A DNA stretch of 33,607 nt, taken from contig JAUCBJ010007471.1 in NCBI GenBank assembly GCA_032718475.1, positions 1 to 33,607 of the forward strand. The letters run 5' to 3'. Of the stretch, positions 1 to 13,416 are shown in pieces (positions within the stretch are counted from its first letter, which is position 1; every line of letters begins with the position of its first letter). Origin of the DNA: Nemertoderma westbladi (Eukaryota; Animalia; Xenacoelomorpha). Under the pieces are notes generated by a model, which searched no databases, had not been told where the DNA came from, and saw only the letters and a list, made by a program, of their open reading frames with translations. The position numbers and the translations under genes were made by a program.

Positions 1-41
1 AAAAATTTGAAATTTTCAAGTGTCGTGAGGCCCGCTTAGAA

Positions 42-92
42 TTTTTGGATACATTTTTGGATACATTTTGGATACATTCTGGATACATTTTT
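42..92. repeat. Short tandem repeat of GGATACATTTT(T), about 4 copies
   Basis: Directly visible: tttttggatacatttttggatacattttggatacattctggatacattttt. Confidence 0.85.
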
Positions 93-489
93 GATGTCTA
101 TTAAAACATACATATTTTTGTCTGACGTCCCTTCTACATAAAGATTACACCAGCATTTTAATATTCTACTCTTCTTTTAATATTCATTCTCAATAATCTA
201 TCAATAATATAGCAAACAAAATTATTGCTACCGGTGCTTATCTTTAATATATATATATATGTTTATTGACGTATTAATTAAACGCAAAAATATACAAAAT
301 ACATCAGGACCTAATGCACTTACTTCTGCTAATTTGTAAGAAATAATTTTGTTTAATTTAATTGTTTTATATTTTGATAATTTTAAAGATAAAAAGCAAA
401 TAAAAGTTTAAGATAAAAAAGTAATTATTATTGAAATTTTTTTAATTGAGTGGTTATTGTTGGATATGCGCAGACAGGATGCTTAGATA

Positions 490-539
490 GTCACATCCGC
501 ATGCCAAGGGTGCGGATGCGGATATTCGTCACATCCCTA
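490..539. mobile_element. Probable terminal inverted repeat of a non-autonomous DNA transposon (hAT-like MITE end); other end outside the window
   Basis: Ends ...CGGATGCGGATATTCGTCACATCCCTA (reverse complement TAGGGATGTGACGAATATCCGCATCCG), a TAGGGATG-type terminus with subterminal CGGAT repeats and an internal CATCCGCA/TGCGGATG inverted repeat. Confidence 0.45.
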
Positions 540-2175
540 ATAATACATAATACCAATGATAGGAACAAAAAAAGAAGAACAAAATCTAAATTATTATTTA
601 TTTACAAAATATTCCATAACATCTTCGATTAAATTACACAGATCACTTAGGTAACTATTAATATATAATTAATAAAAGTAATATATGTAAACATAACTAG
701 CCACACACCATGGAAGCTCAATCTGCTACAGTATTGTAGCTCAATCTGTATATTTATTCGAGCATTTCTGTAATCCGAATATAAGGCACGTGCCTTAGGG
801 CCAGCCGAAAATCCGGGCCATTTTTTCTCAGCGAGTCATTCCTGTGAAAAAAATATATTTATTTTTATTCCAAACAAGTGAAAACATATCCCTAGGAATC
901 CAGCTCTAGGCAAGGTCCGTTCAGTCGGCAACTATGATTGAATGCAAACAGGAAGGGGGACTTCCTGAAATCCGATCATATTTCCTAACGAGATTATAAA
1001 TTAATTTGGATCGGAGTTATGATGATAATGCAAAACTGGTGTAAACTAGTTGCCCAACGGCCTTTCGCCGTCACTTACTTCTAACGTTGAATAAAATATA
1101 AAATTACAACAATTTACGCATGAATATACTGGATAATTATTAAATCTCGATTAATTCACCTCCCATTCACCATCCATTTCTCAATTAAACCATAAAAGTT
1201 TGGTGGAAAAATAGTGAGACTTTTATGAGAAACGTTTTTAAATATTGTGTATATATATATATGGTACAACCAAATATTTCCTGTAATACATATAAGGCCT
1301 TACCATCGTTATCGCATCGAATGCATCATCAATGCAGCATGCCGATTAAATAGATAGGTAGAATCGATTGTAGACATCAATATTTTATAGTCAATTCCAT
1401 AAATTGAAAATAATAATTTGCCGACATGATATTTGCAAGAAAGTGCATCTTTCGACTACTTTCTATCCCTAAATTTGTGATAGAAAGTGCAAACTTATAG
1501 CACAGTCGACCGACAGGTGCTGTGTTATTAGTTCGAAACCTGATGGCAGGGAAATAATAAAAGCATGGGCAGTAAAACTTTAAAGTGCTAATTATGAACA
1601 ATGGATAATTTAATTTTATCTATTTGTGGAATTATTTGTAGTTATGCTCTTAAACTTTCTAGAACAACCAAATAATGACATACTGGAATTACTGTACATA
1701 GTAGGCCTAAATGCCTAAATGTATGGTGTGGAGATATGGTAGTGCAAAATTAATTTTTTTTTACCGGAAACTAGTTTTATAAATATAGGCCCCAATAGAT
1801 AAAAAAAAGGATAAATTAGTTGTAGATAAAATAGTTGTTGATAAAAAAAACGTGTCAGAAATAATTTATTGTCACTACTGTAATTTAATTTAACCGAAAT
1901 TCAGATGTTCTGCCCTCGTACGTATTGAATTTTGCATTCGATGGCATTTTAGGTGCAATTCCTGGAAAACATAAAACTCTTGGACGCACAATTGAATTGG
2001 GGTAAATTAAAATTAGCGACAAAAAGTGCTTATTTCCGAGACTGTTATCTTATTGAAGAACATTACTTTCTCAGCAAGTCCAAATCTAGATCAGAAATAT
2101 TATATCTTTGCACTAAGCCCACACTTTTGGTGTGTTATATTTCTCAGCAAGTCCTGTAAAGATAAGTAGCCTGCG

Positions 2176-2484
2176 AAAGTGAAAAGTAAAAAAAAAGTAA
2201 ATTTTCTTCGGGCGCTAGGCCAGGGATTACGCACAAAGTCTGACGACTTATTTCCAGTGCGGTCCCCCCAGAACTTTACTCCCCATAGGAAACTCCAGTA
2301 CCCATTTAGCACTTCAGGAATCCACTCCAGGATCTACCACTTAAGGATGCAGACACAGAGATGCGCCCTGGTTGGTCCCTTTAAAGCATTCGTGCCGAAA
2401 CGAAAACTGTCCTGGCCCATGTGAGGATCGAACCCACGACCTACAGGAGATGTGAATTCAATGCAACCACTACACCAAGGTGGA
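2176..2484 (-). mobile_element. tRNA-derived SINE
   Basis: Minus strand has Pol III box A TGGTGTAGTGG and box B GGTTCGATCC, then a body with an AAATGGGTACTGG core-like motif and a TTTAC/T-rich tail. Confidence 0.75.
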
Positions 2485-3107
2485 ACATACAGCAAATAAA
2501 TAACACATGCCCACGATTCGATCAAAATTGCTAAATACCTACAGGAGCCAGTCCCCCAGTCAGCCTTAAGGGGGCCAACTATAACCCCCACAGAAATGAA
2601 TTTTTCGAAAATTTACACAATTTTTTGTAGTTTGAGAAAAGGGCTTTCATAAGGTGATGTCGGTTTTCAACAGTGAATTATTTATTGACCTCAAAACTGC
2701 TCTTTTCAACAACATAATATTATATTGCTGATATTTATGATTCTCTATATAAAACAACCTTTTTATCAGTTTGTCGATTTTGACTTTTTTCATCTCTAAA
2801 TTCCCTACTATATACTATTTTATTTTTTACTCAATTGTCATCCAACATACAAAATGTTCAGCAGCTTTAGGACTACTATCGTTGGTTTTGTAAAACATGG
2901 CCATTTGGATCTTCTAGAACCGATTTTGTAACTGCTACACTTTGTCTATCACAAAATATTTATTCCCAAAATATAGCCCGGAAATACTAAAACCTCAATA
3001 AATTTTTCAAAAACTATAATTTTTGTGCTACAAGTATCATAGAAGATAGCCTACATTTTTATGTTTGTCCGTAGGTATCACTTGCGATGCGATGTCCAGT
3101 ATTTATT

Positions 3108-3860
3108 ATTGATTCCATCGGATTCAGGACCCTCATAAACCCGTATAACGCAAGAAACAGGGTGATACTATCTACTGATCAATTTGCATATTTTCCAAAA
3201 TTTGGTGCTGGCACAACAATTTTCACCCACCGGCGAAAAATACAAGTTTGAGAACTTGCAATTTGAGAACTACAATTTTTACTGATTCCATTGAATTCAG
3301 AACCATCACAAACCCGTATAACGCAAGAAACAAGGTGACACAATCAATTGATATATTTGATGGTTTTCAAAATTTGGTGCTAGCACCACATTTTGCACCC
3401 ACATCCGAAAAATACAAGTTTGAGATGTCTAGTTCGATAATTATATTTTCCATTGAATTCAGAACATCCATAAACCTCTAAAACGCAAGAAATAAATTGT
3501 CACAAGCAATTTTATCTATTGAATGGATTTTCAAAATTTCGTGCTAGCACCAAAATTTGCACACAGCACCGAAAAATACAAGTTTAATACGCTTGGTGCA
3601 ACTCGTATATATTTCATTGAATCCAGAACCCCAAAAAACCCCAATTGCGTAAAAAAAAGTTTCAAACAATCAATTTAAGAAATTGACTTATTTCAAAATT
3701 TGGTGCTGGCACCAAAATTTGGCACCCACCGAAAAAAACAAGTTTGAAATTTCTAAATCAATTTATATGAATTCCATCCAATTTCTAACACCAAAAAACC
3801 GGTGTAAATCAAAAATAGAGATGTTACAATTCATATTTAATGAAATGTAATTTTCAAAAA
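3108..3860. repeat. Diverged tandem repeat, ~161-172 bp unit, ~4.5 copies, each with a GGTGCTAGCACC-type palindrome
   Basis: CAAAATTT(G/C)GTGCT anchor at 3196, 3368, 3532 and 3694; GAAAAATACAAGTTT and TTCCATTGAATTCAGAACC-like motifs recur in each unit. Confidence 0.9.
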
Positions 3861-4039
3861 ACGTCTCAAAAACAGTGCCAAAAGTAGGGTTAAGAAATGG
3901 TGCTATAACTCGAAAAGTACCCAATATTTTTGAAAACGGTTTTCACTACTAGGAAGACAATAGAAGGAAGACAATAGAAGACAATTTAGGAAAAGTCGTA
4001 AAATTTCAGATTCCCAACTGCGTTTGTTTCAGAATTATA

Positions 4040-4096
4040 ATAAAAAACCACGGGGGGGGTCATATTGACCCCCCCCCCCGGGTTTAATAGGGTTAA
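4040..4096. mobile_element. Right terminus of a TTAA-specific (piggyBac-like) MITE
   Basis: GGGGGGGGTCATATTGACCCCCCCCCCGGGTTTAATAGGG followed by TTAA; an oppositely oriented related end lies at 5871-5975. Confidence 0.5.
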
Positions 4097-5870
4097 ATGA
4101 GCTAATTTACATACAAATGCCACAAATTTATAGAATTTTTGAAAAAACCGACCTGCTCAAAAAGTGCCATATTTTTCGAACAAACGGTTTATGAAGTTAT
4201 GAATACTCAGTTTTAATAGTGTATAAAAGATCACAGATATTTGTGTTAAAGTTTCAGAATAGTAGCTTTATAAATATAACAAATAGATTTTGGGTAATGA
4301 TCCCATTAATATATTAAAAATTAAAGCTTGAGAAGTTCTACCAAAACCATTACACATTTTATAGCAAAGGTTTTATAAGCATAATATGCCGTTTCGTAAT
4401 GTTACAATTCTTGATGAAAACTATTTTTGCGAAGTCCTTATTATTAAAGTACTTAGTACTTATTTGCACGCAGTAATCCAACGAAAATACTTTATATTTC
4501 CTTCGCAACATTTTGACAATTTCAGTTAGCAGCTTTTTCTTTTGAAAGGGTTTGCGGAAAAATATGAATTTTCGGGCCGTTTTTGGAAATTACTAAAATG
4601 TGCCTTAGGGCCACCAGAGGCTTAATCCGGCACTGGTCGATCTGATTAACGAAGTATATTTTCGTTGTTGTTTGTTAATCTGCTCCACTACATGGGTGTT
4701 AGTTGTAGCCCTTTAGCTCTGGAATAAACTTTACTCTCAGGCAAATATTATCTTACTGATTTGCAATTCGATTGGTGAAACTAATCAAATAGGCAAAGTC
4801 ATTCTGATGAACCCATATAACATTGCTATAATGGTAAGCCATTGCATGAATAAATAATTTAGGTCTTATGAGATTCCCACACAGGGCATCTGCATTGTTT
4901 TCTTCAGTAAACGACCCCAATATGGTGTAAACATTTCAGAGTGCCATTTGATGATATGTTAGATAACTTTGAGAGCCATGTCAATGATGATTCTAGGGTT
5001 GGAACTTAAAAGATAATAGAAGATCAACGAATTCCCTTGGACTCTCACTTCTTAATACAAATTTCATACAAACTACAATGTTGTGTTTATATAATCGAAA
5101 AGTGAGATCACTAGATAATCCCCAGCCATATACAGGATAATTTTTTGTGGAATTCACCTGAAGCTGCATCATCAGAATTTCCTTAACAAAACCCATCATA
5201 TTGCTGAAATTATATCCTTAGTATTCCTTATTCTTAGTTTTCTATGTATATGATGTATTCTTAGTCTTGTATATCCTTATTCTTAGTCTTCAATCTCTTA
5301 AGAATATATATGTCTTGGTTTGAAAGCAAAAATAGAATTGATTTTACTTCAGCAAGAAACATATTGTATATCATTTCAATTAGGGCTATGTGATCACTAT
5401 TCAATCCTCCTGTCATTCTGTTATTCAATTGTTCATATCATTTGTGTTAAGATATGTTAGATTGGTTCTTCTGGTTTGAGAGCAAATGAATGGAGCCCAG
5501 AATTAAAAATTATGCTAGAGTAGGAATGGATTTTGAATACCATGAAAAAATCCTTAGTACAATATTAGAATATGGTAGTTCAGAATTTATTATCATCATC
5601 GGGGATTTGAAGCAAATCTGTCTATTCAGGTCAAACGCTACAACAGTCAGATGCATACCATAAATATTGCAGGAGGAAAAAGTTTTGAATTCAGAGCAAC
5701 AAAGTGCATGTATGTACCTAAAATAACATTTACAGGAACACATTCTGATATGCGTTTGGATAGTTAGTATCAGTGAATATGCTAAATGCACCATGGTTTC
5801 CCATATGGTCTCGTATCCAGTATAAGGCCCAATTTGAATAAATATATTTCATTATAATTGTGTTTAATGT

Positions 5871-5975
5871 TTATCCCTAATAGTACCGGGCTATAAAATG
5901 TTGTACAAATACCGGGGGTGTGGTGGGGGGTGGGGGGGGGGGGGGGGGTGGGGTGGTCATATTGACCCTCCCCCA
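5871..5975. mobile_element. Left terminus fragment of the same TTAA-MITE family
   Basis: TTAT-CCCTAATAGTACCGGG...poly-G...GGTCATATTGACCCTCCCC, sharing the GGTCATATTGACC palindrome with ~4058-4070. Confidence 0.45.
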
Positions 5976-6009
5976 TCTAAAACCTACAAACTATTTTTGG
6001 AAAATATGT

Positions 6010-7990
6010 TCTGGGGTGGTTGTATCCATCGTAGAAGTCTCAATAAATAATTCAGAGCATCTAAAAGAACTAGTTAAGGGCGCCCCCAACTTAATATTAT
6101 CGGTCTCAGAATCGCGGCTCAAGAAATTTCACCACAACTCGGTTATCAATATACCTGGTTACACAACATACAGACGGGATCGGAGAAACAAAAAAGGGGG
6201 TGGTTTAATAGTATATATTCCCGAAGGACTAAATAGTAGGGTTCGTGCAGATATTAAAGAAAATAATAAACTAGAATCTATCTGGATCCAAATTGAAACG
6301 ACATTACTCTGTACAGTATATAATCCCCCCAGAGCAAACAAGTCTGAGTTCATAAACGAAATATCAGAGGAAATTGAAACAGCCTTGCTATTGGAACCGA
6401 ACGCTAAAATAATCATTAAAGGTGACCTTAATATTAATATTAATATTCTAAGTACAAATGCACTAAGTTCAATATCGATATATATGCAAATAAGTTCTAA
6501 ACAAACTAAGTTCAATATATATATATTGGAACTAATATCTGCATTAGATACACTAGGCTTAACTACCCATAACACTCACAACAAACCTTTGTCAAACAAG
6601 CAGAGCTCCAATACATCAGATAATAAATGGATAAACTTTTAATAAATTCAACAATTCAGCCTTTTTGGCAGATATTAACAGTGTAAATTGGGGAAATTTA
6701 TATCTTGTTACTGTGGCCAATCTAATATTCCAATAAAAATACTTAAATTGCTAAACCCCAAAATCGCTATAATTTTAACACATATATTCAACTGGTGTCT
6801 AACTCATATTTCCCGAACAGACTCAAACAGGCAATTGTCATCCCGATCTACAAAAAAGATGATATATTAGATCCAACAAATTACAGACCGATCTCAATTA
6901 TTCACCCACTGGCAAAATTACTGGAAAAAATTATAGCACTGCAAATTCAACAACATATAAAACGCAACAATTTACAATTTGCTGTTTCCTCGTCAGTTCG
7001 GTTTTCGTGCTGGTTATTCAACGACAGACACTGTTGTCTATCTAAGTGAATGTTGGAAAGCAGCACTAAACTCGAATAACTATGGAGCGATAGCTTTTAT
7101 AGAGCATTCAATTCGGTAGAGAATTCAATAGAGGCATTCAATTCGGTCGATTACAAAACCCTATTAGAAAAATTATCGAATATTGGTTTTGAACAAACAG
7201 CTAAGTAACAAAAAGTTTAATTCATAGCTACTTAGAAAACAGAAAACAACGAGTAAAATTAAACAATGTATTGTCCCCATGGGCAACAGAAAAAAGAGGT
7301 GTATATGAAAGAGCAAATAGATAAAGCACTACAAAAAATGTCAATTGCACTATCATCCTTCAGAAAAATAAAAGGCCAACTTCCGACAGTCACTAAAATA
7401 AATATATATAAATCATTAATAATGCCTCACTACTGCTGCATATTTCTTCACTCCTTACCCCAACGCCATGGCTATAATAATTTACTTTATAAGTTCGAAA
7501 AAATACAGAATATGGCACTGCGAACCATCTACGCCCTACGGCACTAAAATAAGAGATATATCTGGTACAGAATTACGTAGGAAAGCAAAATTTCCTTTAA
7601 TCTCGCCCTACAGAGACTATTTCGCAATAAATTTCTTTTTCAAATATATAAATAATTTAAGTGTCCCTTTCCAACAATTAGAACTGCCTCTACTAAAACA
7701 CAACGACACAAAGTTAAACACTAGAACTTTCAAACTTAAAATCCCTGCAACTAAAAATACTCATGGTTACAACAGTTTAACACTAAATCTAATCAGACAC
7801 TGGAATGCTCTCCCTTTAGACATTAGGAAAATCAATAAATTATCACTCTTTGAAAACAAAGTAAGAAATCATTTTCTAACTCGTTATGCCCGTGAAGAAA
7901 TAACATAATTATTTAATCGCAGATGGAAACTACTAAACACAATATTATAAATTCAAATTATTGAACTGCAAATTAAACTTGTAACTTTAC
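6010..7990 (+). pseudogene. Degenerate L2/CR1-group LINE ORF2 (APE endonuclease plus reverse transcriptase fragments), internally deleted
   Basis: APE motifs LSVSESRL, IPGYTTYRRDR..KGGGLIVYI, VYNPP, GDLNINI; RT motifs KQAIVIPIYKK..NYRPISII..LAKLLEK and QFGFR; C-terminal HWNALPLDIR. Multiple frameshifts and stops; YADD region absent. Confidence 0.9.
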
Positions 7991-8744
7991 AAGTTTTTCA
8001 AGTTCAAAATTTATATCAGACAGAAGTTTGTAGATGCTGGAACCGGATTATAAATTTGTGTTGTCCATAAAGAGGATTGGCTTTGAGAATAGTGAAAAAC
8101 GTGTTATATCATTGTAGTAGACAATAAATAACAGTAAACAACAGTAAATAACCTAGTAGTAGTACTGTAGTCAAATTATGGTTGCTTTTCATTGACCATA
8201 TCAATAATTTTGGAACAGAGTGGAATGAGATAAATAAAGGGAATGTTGATAAAGTAAAATATTTCAGGCATGGGTATAACTTCGGTACCATATGTAACCG
8301 TTATAACACAACAAGTTTCGCTCTCAGTATACCAAAATTTTCCAAAACTAATATTCAACATGTGGCAATTTGTTTCTAAAATAATGATATTGTTCTAGAA
8401 TGGTAGCTATTTTTCTAAAACATGTCAGTTTTAATTTAGCAGCGCTCCCATGGCAACAGTAATTATATTCCAGAATTTTAGGACACATTTAGAATTGTAA
8501 GACCAGTAGCTATCGTTTTCAGAAGACGCAAATAATTTATATTGAGTTCTTAGACTACTGCGGCATATTTGTTTATTTTGCCATTTCCATGATAACCGGT
8601 GATAACACGAAGTCAGCTACTGATTCAGGTTATCATATCAAAATGAACGGCTAAAACATAGGTCTTCCCAAAAATATAAGTTCCATATGGTTACCAAAAA
8701 GTATCCCGTATGCTGGCTGGCCCATGGACTATAATACAAGTCAT

Positions 8745-9468
8745 TTATGTTGGCAGGCACATTACCTTATAGTCCCTGAATGCTGGTATTCTACCAGGCA
8801 TAGGTAACCCACATCGGTCAGCTGTAGTTGTATGTACTTAACAACATCGTGAATAAGTTCTACGCTGTTCACTACTCTCTATCTCTTTGACGACTTTCCT
8901 TTGTTGCCATACCCATACACACACACACACACACACACACGGGTAATCACATCATTGGTTTTGAAGTGTTCCACTATATTTTTGAATCTCTTGATTAGTA
9001 TGCATATTAGTAGTTAGCATATTAGATAGTATGCAGAAATAGAAATGTGGATTTACATAGGAGAAAGCCTCTGAAAATATATTGTCGCTGTCGACTTTTA
9101 CTTGTTGCATCATCATGATGAAGCCCTTTATCAACTGACAAGTACTTTGCATCCCACTTTTCTCTAATACACTAGCTATGTGCCTCCAGTTTACTCAACA
9201 CAGAAAGGTTATATTCATCCTTCGTTAATGATAGGTACTGTTCTCTTACTTCTGCAATGTATGACTTACCCAGTAGTTCCGAACATGGGGTATTATTTTG
9301 GCCATATGAACACTTACAAGTCTTACAATAGAATTCATCAACCAATGACTGTTCTTCATTGTCTTCAGCTGATTTCTGTAACTTGTTACCATCTTCAGAT
9401 GTCATTATCAGACCCATGATTTCCCACATCAATCTCATTGATATCAATATTAACATCTCCCACATCAT
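8745..9468 (-). pseudogene. Decayed DNA-transposon-associated ORF fragment (Sola-like/DUF7869-type protein suspected)
   Basis: Minus-strand pieces CKCSYG..PCSELL..VREQYLSL..E.NLSVLSKL and GNKGK...DVVKYI...CGLPMPGRIPAFRDYKVMCLP resemble the N-terminal part of such proteins; interrupted. Family call is from memory only. Confidence 0.4.
8917..8940. repeat. (AC)12 microsatellite
   Basis: Directly visible. Confidence 0.95.
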
Positions 9469-9559
9469 CTTCTGATCTTCATCTTCTGACAGGTCAGGTC
9501 AGGTATTCTAGGTCATTGATCAAGAAAACTTGCCACCTTCATACAGCATAAAGGAGGTT

Positions 9560-12108
9560 CCACCTGTAGCTGCATAGACCCTCTTACTAGGGCAAATCTG
9601 GTCCTGTAACTAGGACCCCCTTTGTTCTGGGATAAGGACGCAATTGGTCCTGGATTAAGGACCCATATACTTGGCTGCAGGGTTATATGGCCTGGCCAGG
9701 CAGATGGTGATCTACCAATGGCTGGTCAGGAGTAGAGTGTTCTCATGTCCATTTTGAGTGCACTTCACTGCGACCTGCACCTGGCAGCAGGGGTACAGGG
9801 CATAACCCAGCAGATGAGCTGCACAGCCAATGGTGGGTCATATGCGCGAGAGTAGATATGGGTGATGGGCCTCATATCTGACTCCACTGCGAGACCCACC
9901 CTGTGGAATGGCAAACCAGGGTGTGGTATTTGCCCCGAGAGCTGACTCGGCAATAAAGCACCCCCCAACCCCCACTATGGATTACATTAGTAATGCGGAG
10001 GTCCAGCCACTAGAGGCCAGTGGAATGACTGGACACAATCGGCCTCACAGGCGTCAGTTATCTCCTGACCGGCTGCCTGTCTCACCCCCTACTGGAGAGA
10101 GAGCGGCAAACAATTCTTAGAGTCCCTTGCCTGATAACCTTTCTGGCCCAAACCATGGGTCACCAGGGAGGCCAGATTGGGGGGAGAGGGATTCTGGAGT
10201 TGGAGGCTACTCTCATGTTCCATCCTGACCAACAAAGCCATTGGTGAATCTGAGGCAAGTCACTAGACTAGCCTCAGTAAACACCCTAACACTCGGGTCC
10301 CCAATGCGACAAGGTGAGCTGACTGCCTTGGCAGATAAGCTTTCTCTTAGTGCAGTGGGTGTTCAAGAGCACCGAATGCAGACTGGACAGACTCATGAGG
10401 TTCTGATTAAGGACATGGGGGGTGGTTGGCGACTCGCCCTCACTTCAGCAGATGATAGTGGCAATGGTGGAATTGGTCTATTGACAAATCCAACTGCACA
10501 TGCAGCATTGGTCAAAATAGACCAAATCTCTAACCGCATCATCCATTGCCATTTCTCATGTTCTGGAAGACTGGCTAAGAAGTTTCCTAAGGTGGTTCTG
10601 ATTGTGTGCTACTCTCCAACTAGTGTTGCCCCTTTAGAGGATGTGGAAAATTTCTACCAGAATCTACAAGCAGCTACTGATGGAGTGGATCGGCATGCAT
10701 TCTTAACATTCCTGGGAGACTTTAATGCAAGTCTGCATCAATCACCTACATCGCCCTGGGTCTATAGCAATAGTGTTAACCGAAATTCCATCCATCTTCA
10801 GGATTTTATCTCTGGAAATGGATTGTTTTCGGCTGGAACCCAGTTCAAGAAGCGAACTGGAAAGCTATGGACTCATAGTGGACCCAGTGGTCACAAGTCC
10901 CAGATAGACCATATCCTGTTTCGTAGGAAATACAGGAGCTCTATACAAGACTGTAATGCATTTACACTACGACCCTTCTCCAGTGATCACCGCCTTATTG
11001 TGGCCAAGGTAAGACTTAGTCTGCGTGCTAGCAGAACAATGAAATCTGCCTTGCCGCAGCATGGCTGGTCCTCTCTGTTGCAACAGCCAAGTGTGAGATC
11101 CAGCTTCACACTACAGCTGAGCAACATGTATGAGGCTCTTGCCTCTGAGGCGGCAGATCACTGTGAGGGCTATACTGCCTTCACAGAGGCAGTTAAGCTA
11201 GCAGCTGCAGAAACAGTTCCTGTATACCCTCGAAACAGGAAACAGGCCCCCTGGACTGACAAACAAAATTCAGAAGTGCCGAAATGACCTCTACAAGGCG
11301 CAGAAAGAGTCCCAACTCAAACAGACTACAGCGGCCAAGAATGCAGTTAAGGCTGCATCTAGGTCCCTGAACAGGCAGTACTCTGTTAATTTACAGGAGC
11401 TAATAAACCAACAGGATGATGCCATCAATAATGCTGACGACAGCAGGCATCATCCCAGGCATGGAGATCGATCAACTTGCTTGCTGGTCGAAAAAGCCAA
11501 CCAACCACCAGCCGATCGCCTCAATGGTTGGAAGGCCCACTTTGAAAAGCTCTTCAATAATGACAGGGTATTGCCTGATAACTTTATAGAAGTAAAAGTG
11601 TCTGAGTCTGTACTCCCAGATATTCCCATTGGTGATATCTCCTCTGCAGAAGTGAAGGCTGCTACAAAGAGCATTAAGACCAATCGTGCCAGTGGAGTAG
11701 ATGTGTTCCCCCTGAGGTCTTTAAAATACCTGAGTTTTTAAAGCTCATCTATCCCATCATAGTAGACATGTACCGTACAACAAGAGTCCCACAAGAAATG
11801 AAAACAAATAAGTTGGTGCCAGTTCCCAAGAAGGGCAACCTAACACTCTATGGTTCTTTTCGGGGAATTTCATTGATCTCGATTGCTGCAAAGCTATACA
11901 ATATAATTATATTAAATCGCATCAGGGATCCTATTGAGAGACTGCTCCGTGGAAATCAGAATGGGTTCCGTAAAGGTCGTGGGACCATGGAGCCCATTTT
12001 GGCACTTAGAAGGATAATTGAAGAGTTATCAAAAAAGAAAGACAGGCATCTGGCTGTTATCTTTGTTGACTTCTTCAAGGCCTTTGATTCAGTCTCTCGA
12101 TCACGTAT
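9560..12108 (+). mobile_element. RTE-clade LINE, 5' part (UTR, APE endonuclease, start of RT), 3'-truncated at the LTR boundary
   Basis: APE motifs VNTL, VGVQEHR, CYSPT, LGDFNA, WTH, QIDHIL, SDHRLI (10241-11287); RT motifs VPVPKKG..FRGISL.SIAAKLYN, QNGFRKGR, FVDFFKAFDSV (11768-12108). The ORF probably starts at ATG 9977 (in frame, two stops); frameshifts near 11280, 11460 and 11710. The 5' boundary is approximate. Confidence 0.88.
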
Positions 12109-13338
12109 TGTTCGCGCTTTTGAAGACCTTTAGCAGTTTAACCTGCCAAAATTTATATGTCTTCTAGTTAATTAAAACACCTTTAGCATACGACAATATT
12201 TTATGCTAATACACAAAACATTACCCGAAGTCAGCCCATGCGCGATCATTCACCCGATGGATCTACACCCGGGAGGCTGAATTCGGCTGCTTAAATTGTA
12301 TTATTGCAGTGTAAGGTTGCAGTGTATACCTACTGTATTATTCGATAGATCGTTAATAATTAATCTCTGACAGATATTATTGGCTTTCGGGAAATATTAA
12401 CAGTTCCTTTAGGACGTGGCGCTTTATCTATTTAAACAGAACTAAGACTTATACTAAAACGCAACGATACTGCTTATGATTAAAGTATAAAGCGTATTCT
12501 TTAGGAAATACTTTGTTACCAATCGCAATCATACACACTATTCTGCCGACCGTCAGTATATTTGATCATACATAAAGAGAGCAGCAATTGACTCACGTAG
12601 GGTCTGCTAAATAACATTGGATTCAATACACACCACATTAATATAAATCGCAATTGTTATGTATAGCCGGTCTCTCTAACCTGTAGTGTATCAAGAAAAT
12701 TGGGAATTTGGGTGATTTATCCGTATTATCCAAAGAGCAATATTTCCATCAACAAATAGGTACAATTAATAACTGACGGTAAAATAACAGTACAAACAAT
12801 ATGATTAATAGTGAGTTATTGAGATATTTTAAGATTTGTTAAGTTAGGTAACAGTTTATACTTTCGATAATTCAAGCAGTTTACTATAGTTCTTACCAAA
12901 AGGCCGGTGTTTCTGGCTTAGACAGCAATAACAACAAAGTATCAAGTAAGAGCAGTAAGACTGAACACTCTCCTTATGATCGGCCGAAAAGCTACACGTC
13001 GACAGGAAAAATCGCTCTGATTGGCTCAAGCCAAACAAAGAACCATGCGTCCAATGGCTGTTTCCATGTCAGCAACCAGCTGTTAGATGTCGTAATATGA
13101 ATCATCACGGCTAAGCTGTGAAAGGTAGTTGGTGCATTACAGGTTTTTTGCCTTACCATGTCCGCCAAAACACGTATATAGCAGAATGATTTTTATGTCC
13201 GTTAAAACACCTGTAAAGGTACCTTGCGGGCGAGGGGAATATATATACAGTTAGAGAACCCTTTTAGAGTATTCCAGCGCCTGGGGGGAACTGGCCAGCA
13301 AAGGCAAACGTATCAGTTATCCCACAAAAGCTTTTACA
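12109..13338 (-). repeat. 3' LTR (1230 bp)
   Basis: Plus strand TGTTCGCGCTTTTGAAGACC...GCTTTTACA, aligns along its length with 26770-28017. Confidence 0.95.
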
Positions 13339-13347
13339 CCGCTCCCA
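13339..13347 (-). other. Polypurine tract (plus-strand primer)
   Basis: Minus strand TGGGAGCGG directly precedes the TGTAAAAGC start of the 3' LTR; similar to the short G-rich PPTs of BEL/Pao elements. Confidence 0.7.
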
Positions 13348-13416
13348 GAAAATGGGATTTAAGTCTATAAAATATACAAAATCACAGTTTCTAAAATATA
13401 AAAATACTCTAAACAG

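Larger units (their letters stand above)
765..4635. mobile_element. Decayed hAT-like DNA transposon with nested insertions
   Basis: Right end ...GTGCCTTAGGGCC...TTAATCCGGCACTG (4635); the same GTGCCTTAGGGCC subterminal motif occurs at ~790; a weak LRNILTISVSS stretch at ~4500-4533 resembles the hAT dimerisation motif. The left terminus is degenerate. Confidence 0.35.

Noticed and set aside
2410-2484. tRNA gene suggested by A and B boxes (also 29593-29665)
   Set aside because: No proper cloverleaf or terminator, and each continues into a SINE body.
4640-5800. Coding-like fragments (e.g. FIIIIGDLKQI)
   Set aside because: Too degraded to assign to any family.
5920-6010. Poly-Gly N-terminus of the 240-aa ORF
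   Set aside because: Chance translation of the MITE poly-G tract fused to the LINE endonuclease.
8370-8731. Possible DNA-transposon end ...GGCCCATGGACTA (similar TAGTCCATGG at 33179)
   Set aside because: Only a ~10-bp match, no paired terminus in a consistent orientation and no TSD.
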